A stretch of DNA of 64,000 nt from Spirochaetales bacterium. GTDB lineage: Bacteria; Spirochaetota; Spirochaetia; JABEVK01. The DNA is taken from the NCBI GenBank assembly GCA_947478845.1, contig CANJXC010000007.1:49939-113938 (forward strand). Reading direction: 5' to 3'. A program made the position numbers and the translations under genes. Below, piece after piece: positions 48,569 through 56,948 of this stretch; the first letter of the stretch is position 1; the number at the start of each line of letters is the position of its first letter. The notes beneath the pieces are model-generated. The model was not told where the DNA came from. It did no database searches and saw nothing but the letters and a program-made list of their open reading frames with translations.

Positions 48569-50257
48569 CTAGAGCTCCGTCGTGGGCAGGCGCAAGGTGA
48601 CCTTTGTCCCAAGACCCTCGACGCTTTCTGCCGTCAGTTGGCCGCCAAGGTTTGTGGTAAGGTCGAGACAGAGGCCCAACCCAATACCCTGCCCGTGTTC
48701 CTTGGCCGTGCCGTAGGTGATTACCCGCTCATGTTTCTCAAAAATCCGGGTAAGGGTTTCGGCGTTCATCCCCACACCGCTGTCTTCCACGCTAACCCAA
48801 ATCCCGTGTTCGGTTTCACCGGCGCAAACGGTTACCTTTCCGCCGATACGGGTAAACTTGAGGGCATTGTTCACGAGATTACGAATGATGGTAGAAAGAA
48901 GCTGTTTGTCGCTCATGACTGGTGAGGTGAGCTCAATGTGGTGATGGAGCTCAATCTTTTTTTCGTTGGCGATGAGCTTCTGCAGGCTGAAGATGTCAAC
49001 GACCAAAGGCTCCAGCGAAAAGAGCTCGAACACACTCTCGTCTTCGCCTTTTTGATTGCGGACCCAACTCAGAAGGTTCTCGAGAAGCTGAAACAGGCTG
49101 TCGCTGGTTTTTCGCATGTCTTGGAAGACAGTGTCCCAGGTGGCCCGGTCGAAGATGCCCGGGTCCTCGATGTAAATCTCGAGCAATTGCTTCATCTTTC
49201 CGATGGGGGCCCTCAGGTCGTGACTCAAAATTCGGAACAACTGGTCCTTGGTATCATTCAATTGAATGAGATTCTGCTCTTTTTGCTTGCGATCCGTAAT
49301 ATCAATCAGTACTCCGACGTAGCCCTGATTGGACTGCAGGGTGTTCACAAAAGGCCTCATGTACACGATGAAATCGTGCATGCGGCCATCGGGGTGGAGC
49401 AGCTTGGTCTCTTCCGCGGCCATCGAGTCGCGGGCGAGCACCTCGAGCTCGATTTTGGCCAGCTTGCCTGCGTTATGCTCGCCCAGAAAGTCGGGGTTAT
49501 TTTTTCCTATGACCTCACTGGGGACTACATCGAAAACGACGCCAAAGGAAGCATTAATGTTCAAGAAGACACCATCCATGCTTTTGGAAAACAGAGGAAA
49601 TGGTATCAGGTCGAGCAGGGCTTCCAAGAACTTGGTTTGGTTGGCATACCGCAATTCGCTTGACCTCGAGGCTTCCAAGTGTTCGGCAAGGACTCCGTTG
49701 CGCTCCTGATTGAAGGCAAAGGTCGCCTCGAGCAACCGAAGTACGATGGCGGCGAGGCCCAAAAAGCCCGAAGCTCCCACAACCCCTGCCATAGCCCAGA
49801 ACAAAAGGTTCATCTCAGAGGTTACGCTCAGCGCCAGAGCGCCACCGGCCACTGTAGCCAGCGCGCCCCAAGCGCTCTTGCGGCCTACAGTCAGGAGCAG
49901 ACCCGAGGGAGCGAGCAAACACCAGACCAACAGGGTCGGCGAAAGGTCGTACAAACTGAGGGCTGCGGCGAGCAAGATTCCAAGGACCATCAGTACGCTC
50001 ACCCTTTTAGCGTCCGATCTTTTGGGCAGCAGGAGCACGAGGGCTACAAAGGCCAAAGCTAAAACTAGATGAAGCAAAGCAATATTCGCGTGACGTACCT
50101 GAATTGCCCAAGCCCCTGCCAAAAGTTCGATCAGGACCGTGACGAGAATCACCACAACGCGTAAAACTCTCGCTATGCGGGCTAACGGGTCCTCCGTTTC
50201 GTCAGCAAGAAAGAGATTGCGGTCAAGCCATTGCGGTAGTTTCTGTAGTGGGCCCAA
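48569..50257 (-). CDS. Membrane sensor histidine kinase with a PAS domain (orphan; no adjacent response regulator)
   Basis: Six N-terminal transmembrane segments. PAS region. H-box SHDLRAPI. HATPase_c N/G boxes. Confidence 0.8.
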   Translation of the reverse strand: MGPLQKLPQWLDRNLFLADETEDPLARIARVLRVVVILVTVLIELLAGAWAIQVRHANIALLHLVLALAFVALVLLLPKRSDAKRVSVLMVLGILLAAALSLYDLSPTLLVWCLLAPSGLLLTVGRKSAWGALATVAGGALALSVTSEMNLLFWAMAGVVGASGFLGLAAIVLRLLEATFAFNQERNGVLAEHLEASRSSELRYANQTKFLEALLDLIPFPLFSKSMDGVFLNINASFGVVFDVVPSEVIGKNNPDFLGEHNAGKLAKIELEVLARDSMAAEETKLLHPDGRMHDFIVYMRPFVNTLQSNQGYVGVLIDITDRKQKEQNLIQLNDTKDQLFRILSHDLRAPIGKMKQLLEIYIEDPGIFDRATWDTVFQDMRKTSDSLFQLLENLLSWVRNQKGEDESVFELFSLEPLVVDIFSLQKLIANEKKIELHHHIELTSPVMSDKQLLSTIIRNLVNNALKFTRIGGKVTVCAGETEHGIWVSVEDSGVGMNAETLTRIFEKHERVITYGTAKEHGQGIGLGLCLDLTTNLGGQLTAESVEGLGTKVTLRLPTTEL

Positions 50258-50280
50258 GGTAGTGAGACTCTAGCCTATTC

Positions 50281-50309
50281 TTGCCATGCATGCAAACCTT
50301 GCCTACAAT
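50281..50309 (+). promoter_or_regulatory. Sigma-70-like promoter of fumC (TTGCCA-17-TACAAT), implying a leaderless or near-leaderless transcript
   Basis: The -10 box ends 7 nt before the fumC ATG at 50317. There is no Shine-Dalgarno sequence. Confidence 0.35.
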
Positions 50310-50316
50310 CGCCAGA

Positions 50317-51720
50317 ATGAAAACCCGCACGGAAACCGACTCGATGGGAACCATCGAAGTTGACCAGGAACGCTATTGGGGTGCCCAGACCGAGCGGGCA
50401 CGTCGCAACTTTCAGGTCTCGGCGCATCGCATTCCCTTGCCATTTCTGCGGGCCCTTTGCTTGGTCAAGGGTGTGGCAGCCCAGACAAATGCCGAGCTCG
50501 GATTGCTTGAGCCGGAGGTCGCTAGGGCTCTCGATCAGGCTTCAAGGGAAGCTTTTGAGGGCAGCTTTGACAGCGAGTTCCCGCTTGACGTTTTTCAGAC
50601 GGGTAGCGGCACCAGTTGGAACATGAACGCCAATGAAGTCCTTGCCGGGCGTGCCAACGAAATCCTTGGTGGAGACCGGGGCGGTAAAACTCCGGTGCAT
50701 CCCAACGACCAGGTTAACCTCGGTCAAAGCTCAAATGATGTTATTCCTGCTACCCTCAATGTGAGTTGCCGGCTCGAGGCGCAGAGATTTGCACAGGCCC
50801 TCGACAGACTGGCGTCGGCCTTTGAACTTAAGGCGACCGAGTTTGCTTTTATCGTGAAAATTGGCCGAACCCACCTCCAAGACGCAGTTCCGATGACGCT
50901 GGGAAACGAGTTCGGAGCCTTCGCGCGCCAGATTCGCTTGGGAGCAGACCGGGTTCGCGCGACGTTCACTAGGCTTGAGGAACTGGCTCTCGGTGGAACC
51001 GCCCTTGGTACGGGCCTCAACACTCATCCGGAGTTTGGAGCCAATGTTGCAGCCCACCTTGAGGCACGTCTTGGGGTTCCTTTCCGTCAGGCGTCGAATC
51101 TTTACGAGGCCATTTCTGCCCGAGATTCACAAGTGGAACTGATGGGTGCGCTCAATACAGTGGCGACCAGCTTGCTCAAGATCGGCAACGATCTGCGTCT
51201 CCTCTCGTCGGGACCACGCACTGGTTTTGGCGAAATCCGTCTACCCAGCCTTCAACCCGGAAGCTCCATTATGCCTGGCAAGGTTAATCCGGTGATCCTG
51301 GAAATGCTGAATCAGGCCTGTGCCCATGTGATGGGAAAACACCTCAGCGTCACCATCGCCGGCCAAAACGCGCCTCTCCAGCTGAACATCATGATGCCGC
51401 TTCTGGCGCACGAGGTGCTGAGCTCTCTCGATCTTCTGACGAACTGCTGTGACACTTTGGCTGTTAGTTGTGTGGCTGGCATTGAAGCCGACACCCAACG
51501 TGCCTCAGAGCAGGTGGAACGGTCGCTGGCACTGGTTACGCCGTTGGCCTTGGTGATCGGCTATGACCGTGCGGCGGCACTCAGCAAGCAGGCTTTAGAC
51601 GAAAATAAGACCATACGCCAGCTCGTCCTCGAGCAGCAACTATTGTCGCAAAAGGACTTGGATAAGGTTCTTGACCCCAGAGTTCTCGCTGGTTTACCAG
51701 CCAGCCACGAGAAGGCGTGA
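50317..51720 (+). CDS. fumC: Class II fumarate hydratase / aspartase-family lyase (FumC-like)
   Basis: N-terminus MKTRTETDSMGTIEV parallels E. coli FumC (MNTVRSEKDSMGAIDV). GSSIMPGKVNP signature. The start is set at 50317, not the upstream ATG at 50281. Confidence 0.8.
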   Translation: MKTRTETDSMGTIEVDQERYWGAQTERARRNFQVSAHRIPLPFLRALCLVKGVAAQTNAELGLLEPEVARALDQASREAFEGSFDSEFPLDVFQTGSGTSWNMNANEVLAGRANEILGGDRGGKTPVHPNDQVNLGQSSNDVIPATLNVSCRLEAQRFAQALDRLASAFELKATEFAFIVKIGRTHLQDAVPMTLGNEFGAFARQIRLGADRVRATFTRLEELALGGTALGTGLNTHPEFGANVAAHLEARLGVPFRQASNLYEAISARDSQVELMGALNTVATSLLKIGNDLRLLSSGPRTGFGEIRLPSLQPGSSIMPGKVNPVILEMLNQACAHVMGKHLSVTIAGQNAPLQLNIMMPLLAHEVLSSLDLLTNCCDTLAVSCVAGIEADTQRASEQVERSLALVTPLALVIGYDRAAALSKQALDENKTIRQLVLEQQLLSQKDLDKVLDPRVLAGLPASHEKA

Positions 51721-52899
51721 CTAAAAAAGACTGTCGAAAGGAACCCCTCTCCAGAGGGGATCGTTGACGCCGGTTCCGTAGCCGCGGAAAAGCGTTGGTC
51801 GCTCGGGAGAAGGGAACTGGAACAACTCCTCGAGTACCAGAACCGCGGCACCGAGGCTCACCTCATCGATCCCGGTCGGTAGAGGGTGCAAAAGGGCCTT
51901 CCCAGCCGGCCAGGCCACCAAATCGCAGGCTTTCAGAACCTCAGAGTAATGGTGCTTCAGGTCACCGCCTAAGTGTATGGTTTGCGGGTCTAAAAGTTCC
52001 GTGGCAAAACGGAGGTTGCGCAGAATCTCCCCAAGGGTCGCCAAAAATATTTGAGGTTCAGAACGGATTTGCCCGAAGGTGTCGTCGTCCAAACCATAGG
52101 CGGAGCGGCTTCCAGGCTTCCAAAGTGCAGAAATAAACTCGCCCGCTGCATGTCGCCAACCGCGATGCAATTGTCCGTTGACAACAAGACCAAATCCTAC
52201 CGAAAGTTCGCTGGGAAAACCCAGAGGTCCATTTTCGAGAAAACGTCCCAACACATACAACTCGTCGGCAGTCGGCTGACCACGACCTAGCCCGCTCCAA
52301 GCGCCGCAGTTGGCGTCGTTTTCCCAAAGGACCGGGAGGTGAGATGGCCATTCCCGCGGACAGGGCGTATGCTTCAGCCCGAACTCATCCGAACGCATCA
52401 CTATCGAAGCGCTGGAATCGATCCAACCCGGGACGGCAATTCCAATGCCCAACAAAGGCGTAACAGCGTGCTGTTCGCTGGCCAGGTCACCGGCCAGCCT
52501 GAGAGCGTGATCCACGTGCCCAGCCCAGTCACCTTGATAGGGTGCAAGAGAGACCTCGCGGGTGGCAATGTTTTCTCCCTGCAGGTTGCAGATGGTGACT
52601 CGAATGCGGTCGCGCCAAAGAGCTAGCCCCCACACCTGACCAAAATCCTCTCGAACTTTGAGGGCAATACGACGGCGCCCCCCGGGCGCGGGACCTTGGG
52701 TCGAGGAACCTTCAATCGTACCGGAACTCTCGACAAGGCCGGAGCTGAGCAATTGACCGACTAACCGCGAAACGCTCGATTCATCGATATCGAATTGGTC
52801 CACCAACTCCCTGCGGCTGATACCGGGATTTTTCCAGACGGCACGGGCCAACACGGCAAGGTTGTTGCGCCTTTGACCAGTTGGGTTAGTGGTCTGCAC
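51721..52899 (-). CDS. ROK-family transcriptional regulator (NagC/XylR type)
   Basis: N-terminal wHTH (ISRRELVDQFDIDESSVSRLV) plus a ROK sugar-kinase-like domain. Confidence 0.8.
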   Translation of the reverse strand: MQTTNPTGQRRNNLAVLARAVWKNPGISRRELVDQFDIDESSVSRLVGQLLSSGLVESSGTIEGSSTQGPAPGGRRRIALKVREDFGQVWGLALWRDRIRVTICNLQGENIATREVSLAPYQGDWAGHVDHALRLAGDLASEQHAVTPLLGIGIAVPGWIDSSASIVMRSDEFGLKHTPCPREWPSHLPVLWENDANCGAWSGLGRGQPTADELYVLGRFLENGPLGFPSELSVGFGLVVNGQLHRGWRHAAGEFISALWKPGSRSAYGLDDDTFGQIRSEPQIFLATLGEILRNLRFATELLDPQTIHLGGDLKHHYSEVLKACDLVAWPAGKALLHPLPTGIDEVSLGAAVLVLEELFQFPSPERPTLFRGYGTGVNDPLWRGVPFDSLF

Positions 52900-53704
52900 T
52901 GTAAACCCTCACCCAGTCTATGGAAAAGGTCCAGGGGAGCGAGGCGTTATCGATACCTTGCTGACCACCCCAGTCTCCGCCTACAGCCATATTGAGAATT
53001 AGGGAGAAAGGTTTGTCGAAGGGCCATTCCTGAACGGTTTTGTGCATGTTAGGAAAAGTATAGACCACCTCACCATCGAGGAGTAAGTCGGCTTTCTCAG
53101 GGCTCCAGTCGAGGCCATAAACGTGGAAAGCCGTCTCTGCGTCGGCTCTATTTTGCCGCGTACCCTTCTGAGTGCCAATCTTAAAATTGAAGGCGCCCGT
53201 GTGGAAGGTCTGCGCAATCATAGTGGGCTCAAAGCCCACATGCTCCATGATGTCGATCTCGCCCGTCGCCGGCCAAGAAGAGGCCACCGGCCCAGCTGCG
53301 ATGTCGATAAACGCTGCATCGGGAAGCATCCAGATGGCTGGCCAACTCCCCACGCCGGTAGGTACCTTGGCCCTGACTTCGATCCGGCCATACAACCAGC
53401 TTTGGCGTGAAGTCAACTTAGCGCTCGTGTAGGGCCACCCCGCGGTCTTCTGCTTCAAAGCCACAATGTGCAACTCTCCGTTGGCAACCGAGCTGTTGTC
53501 GGGTTTGTTGGAATACCATTGCATTTCGTTGTTGCCGAAGCCGCCGCCACCGACGGAAAACGCCCATTTTGCCTTGTCGACTTCTGTGCCGCTAAACTCG
53601 TCGCTCCACACCAGCGTCCTGGTTGCGGAAGCTGACTGAGCAAACAGCGGCGAGTCGCACGTGAGCATCAAGGCTATGGCCATCAACAGCAGACTGGTTT
53701 TCAC
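52886..53704 (-). CDS. Glycoside hydrolase family 16 endo-beta-1,3(4)-glucanase (laminarinase-type), secreted
   Basis: Signal peptide. GH16 catalytic motif GEIDIME. WPAIWMLP. 272 aa. Confidence 0.85.
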   Translation of the reverse strand: MKTSLLLMAIALMLTCDSPLFAQSASATRTLVWSDEFSGTEVDKAKWAFSVGGGGFGNNEMQWYSNKPDNSSVANGELHIVALKQKTAGWPYTSAKLTSRQSWLYGRIEVRAKVPTGVGSWPAIWMLPDAAFIDIAAGPVASSWPATGEIDIMEHVGFEPTMIAQTFHTGAFNFKIGTQKGTRQNRADAETAFHVYGLDWSPEKADLLLDGEVVYTFPNMHKTVQEWPFDKPFSLILNMAVGGDWGGQQGIDNASLPWTFSIDWVRVYSADH

Positions 53705-53756
53705 GGTGTTACCGATTTACTCTGGTTTTGCGCGTAGGTCAACGCCTCACCGTAAG

Positions 53757-53843
53757 ATTCTTGCACCAAGAAAGTTTATGCAAGTTCTCTGTTGACAGAT
53801 TGGAACACTGGGTAGAAACTGCGATAACTTGCACCGTGCAAGT
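53757..53843. promoter_or_regulatory. Divergent promoter region with two CTTGCA/TGCAAG palindromes (candidate ROK-regulator operators) and a TTGACAGATTG -35 element
   Basis: CTTGCA-n13-TGCAAG (53759-53784) and ACTTGCAC-c-GTGCAAGT (53826-53842). TTGACAGATTGGAACACTGG at 53791 shares 16/20 nt with the element at 5841 upstream of the other sugar ABC operon. Confidence 0.3.
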
Positions 53844-53866
53844 AAGTGTTTTTCCGTGGAGGAATC

Positions 53867-55129
53867 ATGAAAAGATTGTGTTTTATGGTGGTTCTTGGAG
53901 TGGTTGCCACCGCACTCCTGACCGGCCAGGCGATAGACCCCGCCAAAAAGTACGAAGTGACTGTTGGCGCCTACGGCGACCTCGAGAAGGCCTACAAGGC
54001 TGTTATTGCCACGGATGACTTCAAGAAGAAGTTTCCCAATGTCACCCTCAAGTTTCAAACCTCTGATTTTGGTGGACACCACAACCGACTAACCACCGTT
54101 ATCGCTGCCGGTGAGCAAACCAACGACATCGAAGCTCTCGAAGTTGGCTACATTGCCCAGTTTGTGCAGGCAGGCGGACTCACCGACCTTAATGCGGCAC
54201 CCTTCAACGCCAAGAAGCTGAGCAAGGACCTCGTCAAGTTCGCTGTGGCCAACGCCACCACCGAAGGCGGAGCCTTGATCGCCATGCCCGTCGACATCGC
54301 ACCGGCTGTCATGTTTTACCGTGCCGACCTGGCCAAGACCGCTGGATTGAACATGGACAACGTGGCCAACTGGGACGCCTACATCGCTGCCCTCAAGAAA
54401 CTGACCGACAAGTCTAAGGGTGTTTTCGGTATTGAACACCCCGCTGCCGTTTCTGCCATTCCGTTAAACGGTGGGAAGGGTGGTTGGTTCCAGAATAACA
54501 AGCCTCTCGAACCAAAGTCTAAGTTCTTGGACGCGCTGAGCTTGGTTCAGAAGGTCAAGGCCGCCAATGTTGACGGCGACCTCGGCGCTTGGTCTGGACC
54601 CTGGTCGCAGGCCTACCTCGACGGCAAGATTGCCAGCATCGTGAATGGCGCCTGGTTTGGTGGCACTCTGCGCACCTGGTTGTCGCCTGCTGGCGCCGAT
54701 GGCTCGAGTCCCTGGCGAGTGGCCTACTTGCCCGGCAAGATGATGGCCTCTCTTGGTGGCACCTACCTCTCGATCCCGCAAACCGTTCCCGGTCCCCGCA
54801 AGCTGGTTGCCTACGAAATCCTGAAGTATCTGACCAACAGCCCCGTGGCCCAGTTGACCACCTTCAAAGAAATAGACGCCTTCCCCGCCCTCACCACGGT
54901 GTACAACGACAAGGTGATGGACGAGCCAGTGGCCTACTACGGTGGCCAGAAGGTCCGCAAGATTTATGCCGACGTGGCCCTCAACATTCCGGAAAACAAG
55001 GTGTCGGAATATGATGCTGTGATCGGTGGAATTTGGAACGGTGCGGTCAACGACGTTGTGTCTGGAAAGTCGACTCCCCAAGCCGCTTATGATTCCGCAC
55101 TGAAAAAGGTTATCGCAACCATTCAGTAA
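53867..55129 (+). CDS. Carbohydrate ABC transporter substrate-binding protein (solute-binding family 1)
   Basis: Signal peptide MKRLCFMVVLGVVATALLTGQA. MalE-like fold. 420 aa. Confidence 0.85.
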   Translation: MKRLCFMVVLGVVATALLTGQAIDPAKKYEVTVGAYGDLEKAYKAVIATDDFKKKFPNVTLKFQTSDFGGHHNRLTTVIAAGEQTNDIEALEVGYIAQFVQAGGLTDLNAAPFNAKKLSKDLVKFAVANATTEGGALIAMPVDIAPAVMFYRADLAKTAGLNMDNVANWDAYIAALKKLTDKSKGVFGIEHPAAVSAIPLNGGKGGWFQNNKPLEPKSKFLDALSLVQKVKAANVDGDLGAWSGPWSQAYLDGKIASIVNGAWFGGTLRTWLSPAGADGSSPWRVAYLPGKMMASLGGTYLSIPQTVPGPRKLVAYEILKYLTNSPVAQLTTFKEIDAFPALTTVYNDKVMDEPVAYYGGQKVRKIYADVALNIPENKVSEYDAVIGGIWNGAVNDVVSGKSTPQAAYDSALKKVIATIQ

Positions 55130-55135
55130 GCATGT

Positions 55136-55175
55136 GGGGGAAGAGAGTTCGCTCTTTTCCCCCTTTTTTGTTTCA
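55136..55175 (+). terminator. Strong intrinsic terminator/attenuator between the binding-protein gene and the permease genes
   Basis: GGGGGAAGAGAG-UUCG-CUCUUUUCCCCC: a 12-bp stem with a UUCG tetraloop, followed by UUUUUUGUUU. Confidence 0.6.
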
Positions 55176-55184
55176 GGAGCCGCC

Positions 55185-56015
55185 ATGAATCCTTTCAAGA
55201 AGCTCTCGACGTACGCAACTACCTTTCTCCTGGGTCTGTTGGCGTTGGTGTTCGCGTTTCCATTTTATTACGTGTTTGTTCTGGCCACTTGGCGCTCGCA
55301 GGAAGTTCTTGCGTTTCCGCCGCATCTATGGTTTGGCACCGGGCTGTTAGAAAACTGGACCTCGTTGTTCGGGCGGGTACCGTTTGCCACAAACTTCCTC
55401 AATAGCCTAGGTATCGCCACGCTCTCCACCGTCAGCGTTCTTTTCTTCTGTACCCTGGCAGGTTTTGCCTTTTCAAAATATCAGTTCAAGTTGAAGAAAA
55501 CCCTCTTCTTCTTTGTGATCGCCACCATGGCTATCCCCGGATTCCTGAATATTATTCCCTTTTATAAAATGATGGTCGTGTTCGGTTGGATCAACACTTG
55601 GCTTCCCTTGATTGTCCCTGGCATGGCCGGCGCGTTCGGTATCTTCCTGATGACGCAGTTTCTGGAGAACGCCCTCCCGTTTGAGCTTCTCGAAGCGGCC
55701 CGCATCGACGGTGTGGGCGAGTTTTCTATGCTTTGGCGCGTGGTGTTTCCCCTAGCTCGGGCCGGTATGGCCGTGTTGGGCGTGGTAACCTTTGTTGGCT
55801 CGTGGAACAATTTCACCGGTCCGCTGATTCTGCTTCCCGACCTGGATGCGACGACCTTGCCGGTGGCCCTCTCGGTGCTCAATAGCCGCGTGGATAACAA
55901 CATGGGCGCCTTGTTTCTGGGCAACGCTCTCACGCTGCTGCCTCTGCTCGTCATCTTCATGTTGTTTTCCCGGCAGATCATCTCCGGGCTCACCGCCGGT
56001 GCGGTGAAAGGATAA
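55185..56015 (+). CDS. Carbohydrate ABC transporter permease (MalG-like)
   Basis: Six transmembrane helices. EAA-like motif region (LEAARIDGVGEFSMLWRVVFPL). RBS CAGGAG. Confidence 0.85.
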   Translation: MNPFKKLSTYATTFLLGLLALVFAFPFYYVFVLATWRSQEVLAFPPHLWFGTGLLENWTSLFGRVPFATNFLNSLGIATLSTVSVLFFCTLAGFAFSKYQFKLKKTLFFFVIATMAIPGFLNIIPFYKMMVVFGWINTWLPLIVPGMAGAFGIFLMTQFLENALPFELLEAARIDGVGEFSMLWRVVFPLARAGMAVLGVVTFVGSWNNFTGPLILLPDLDATTLPVALSVLNSRVDNNMGALFLGNALTLLPLLVIFMLFSRQIISGLTAGAVKG

Positions 56016-56024
56016 ACAAACTCC

Positions 56025-56948
56025 ATGGCCACCACTATCCTAGCCCAGCGCAAGAGGCGCATGAAGGCTCAGCAATGGGCACCCTACGTGTTCATCAGCC
56101 CGTTTTTCATCCTGTTTCTGGTGTTTGGTGTGTACCCCATCGGCTATTCCATTGTCAGCTCGTTCTACAACTGGAAACTTATCGGAAACAAGGCGCCGGT
56201 TTTCATCGGCTTTGACAACTACGTCAATGTGCTGACCATCGACCCCTTTTTCCTTTCGGCCGTGGTGAACACGGTGTTCCTCCTCATTACCGGATCGCTA
56301 CTTCAACACGTGATCGCTCTGCCCTTGGCCATCCTGCTTAACAGTAGAATTGTCAGGGCCAAGGAACTCTTCAAGACAGCGTTTTTCCTTCCCTACATCA
56401 CCAGCACCGTTTCGGTGGTGATCATTTTCGGAAACCTCTTCGATACGAACTTCGGCCTGATCAACTGGGTATTGGGGTTGTTTGGGCTCCCCCATTTCCG
56501 CTGGAGTGGCGAGGACCTCGGCATCAAGGTAATTCTGTCCACCATTTTGAACTGGAAGTTCATCGGTTGGAATACCGTGATCTATCTGGCCGGACTTCAG
56601 GCCATTCCCGCCGAAATGTACGAGGCAGCCGAAATGGACGGGGCCTCCGGGTTCATCAAGCACTGGAAAATAACCATTCCGCAGTTGTATCCCATCATTT
56701 TCTTGGCCGTATCGCTGAGTATCATCGGTGGCATGCAGGTCTTTGAAGAGCCATTCGTGCTCACCGGAGGCTACGACAACATGGGTGGATCCGGTAATTC
56801 CGGCCTCACTGCGGCCTTCTACTTGATGTTTACAGCCTTCAAAGCCTATAAAATCGGAAAGGGAAGTGCCATTGCTTGGCTGCTTTTCATCACAATTCTG
56901 GGACTCAACGCCATCAACAGGCAAGCGACGAGGAAATACAACCAATGA
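56025..56948 (+). CDS. Carbohydrate ABC transporter permease (MalF-like)
   Basis: Polytopic. EAA motif (YEAAEMDGASGFIKHWKITIP). Confidence 0.85.
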   Translation: MATTILAQRKRRMKAQQWAPYVFISPFFILFLVFGVYPIGYSIVSSFYNWKLIGNKAPVFIGFDNYVNVLTIDPFFLSAVVNTVFLLITGSLLQHVIALPLAILLNSRIVRAKELFKTAFFLPYITSTVSVVIIFGNLFDTNFGLINWVLGLFGLPHFRWSGEDLGIKVILSTILNWKFIGWNTVIYLAGLQAIPAEMYEAAEMDGASGFIKHWKITIPQLYPIIFLAVSLSIIGGMQVFEEPFVLTGGYDNMGGSGNSGLTAAFYLMFTAFKAYKIGKGSAIAWLLFITILGLNAINRQATRKYNQ

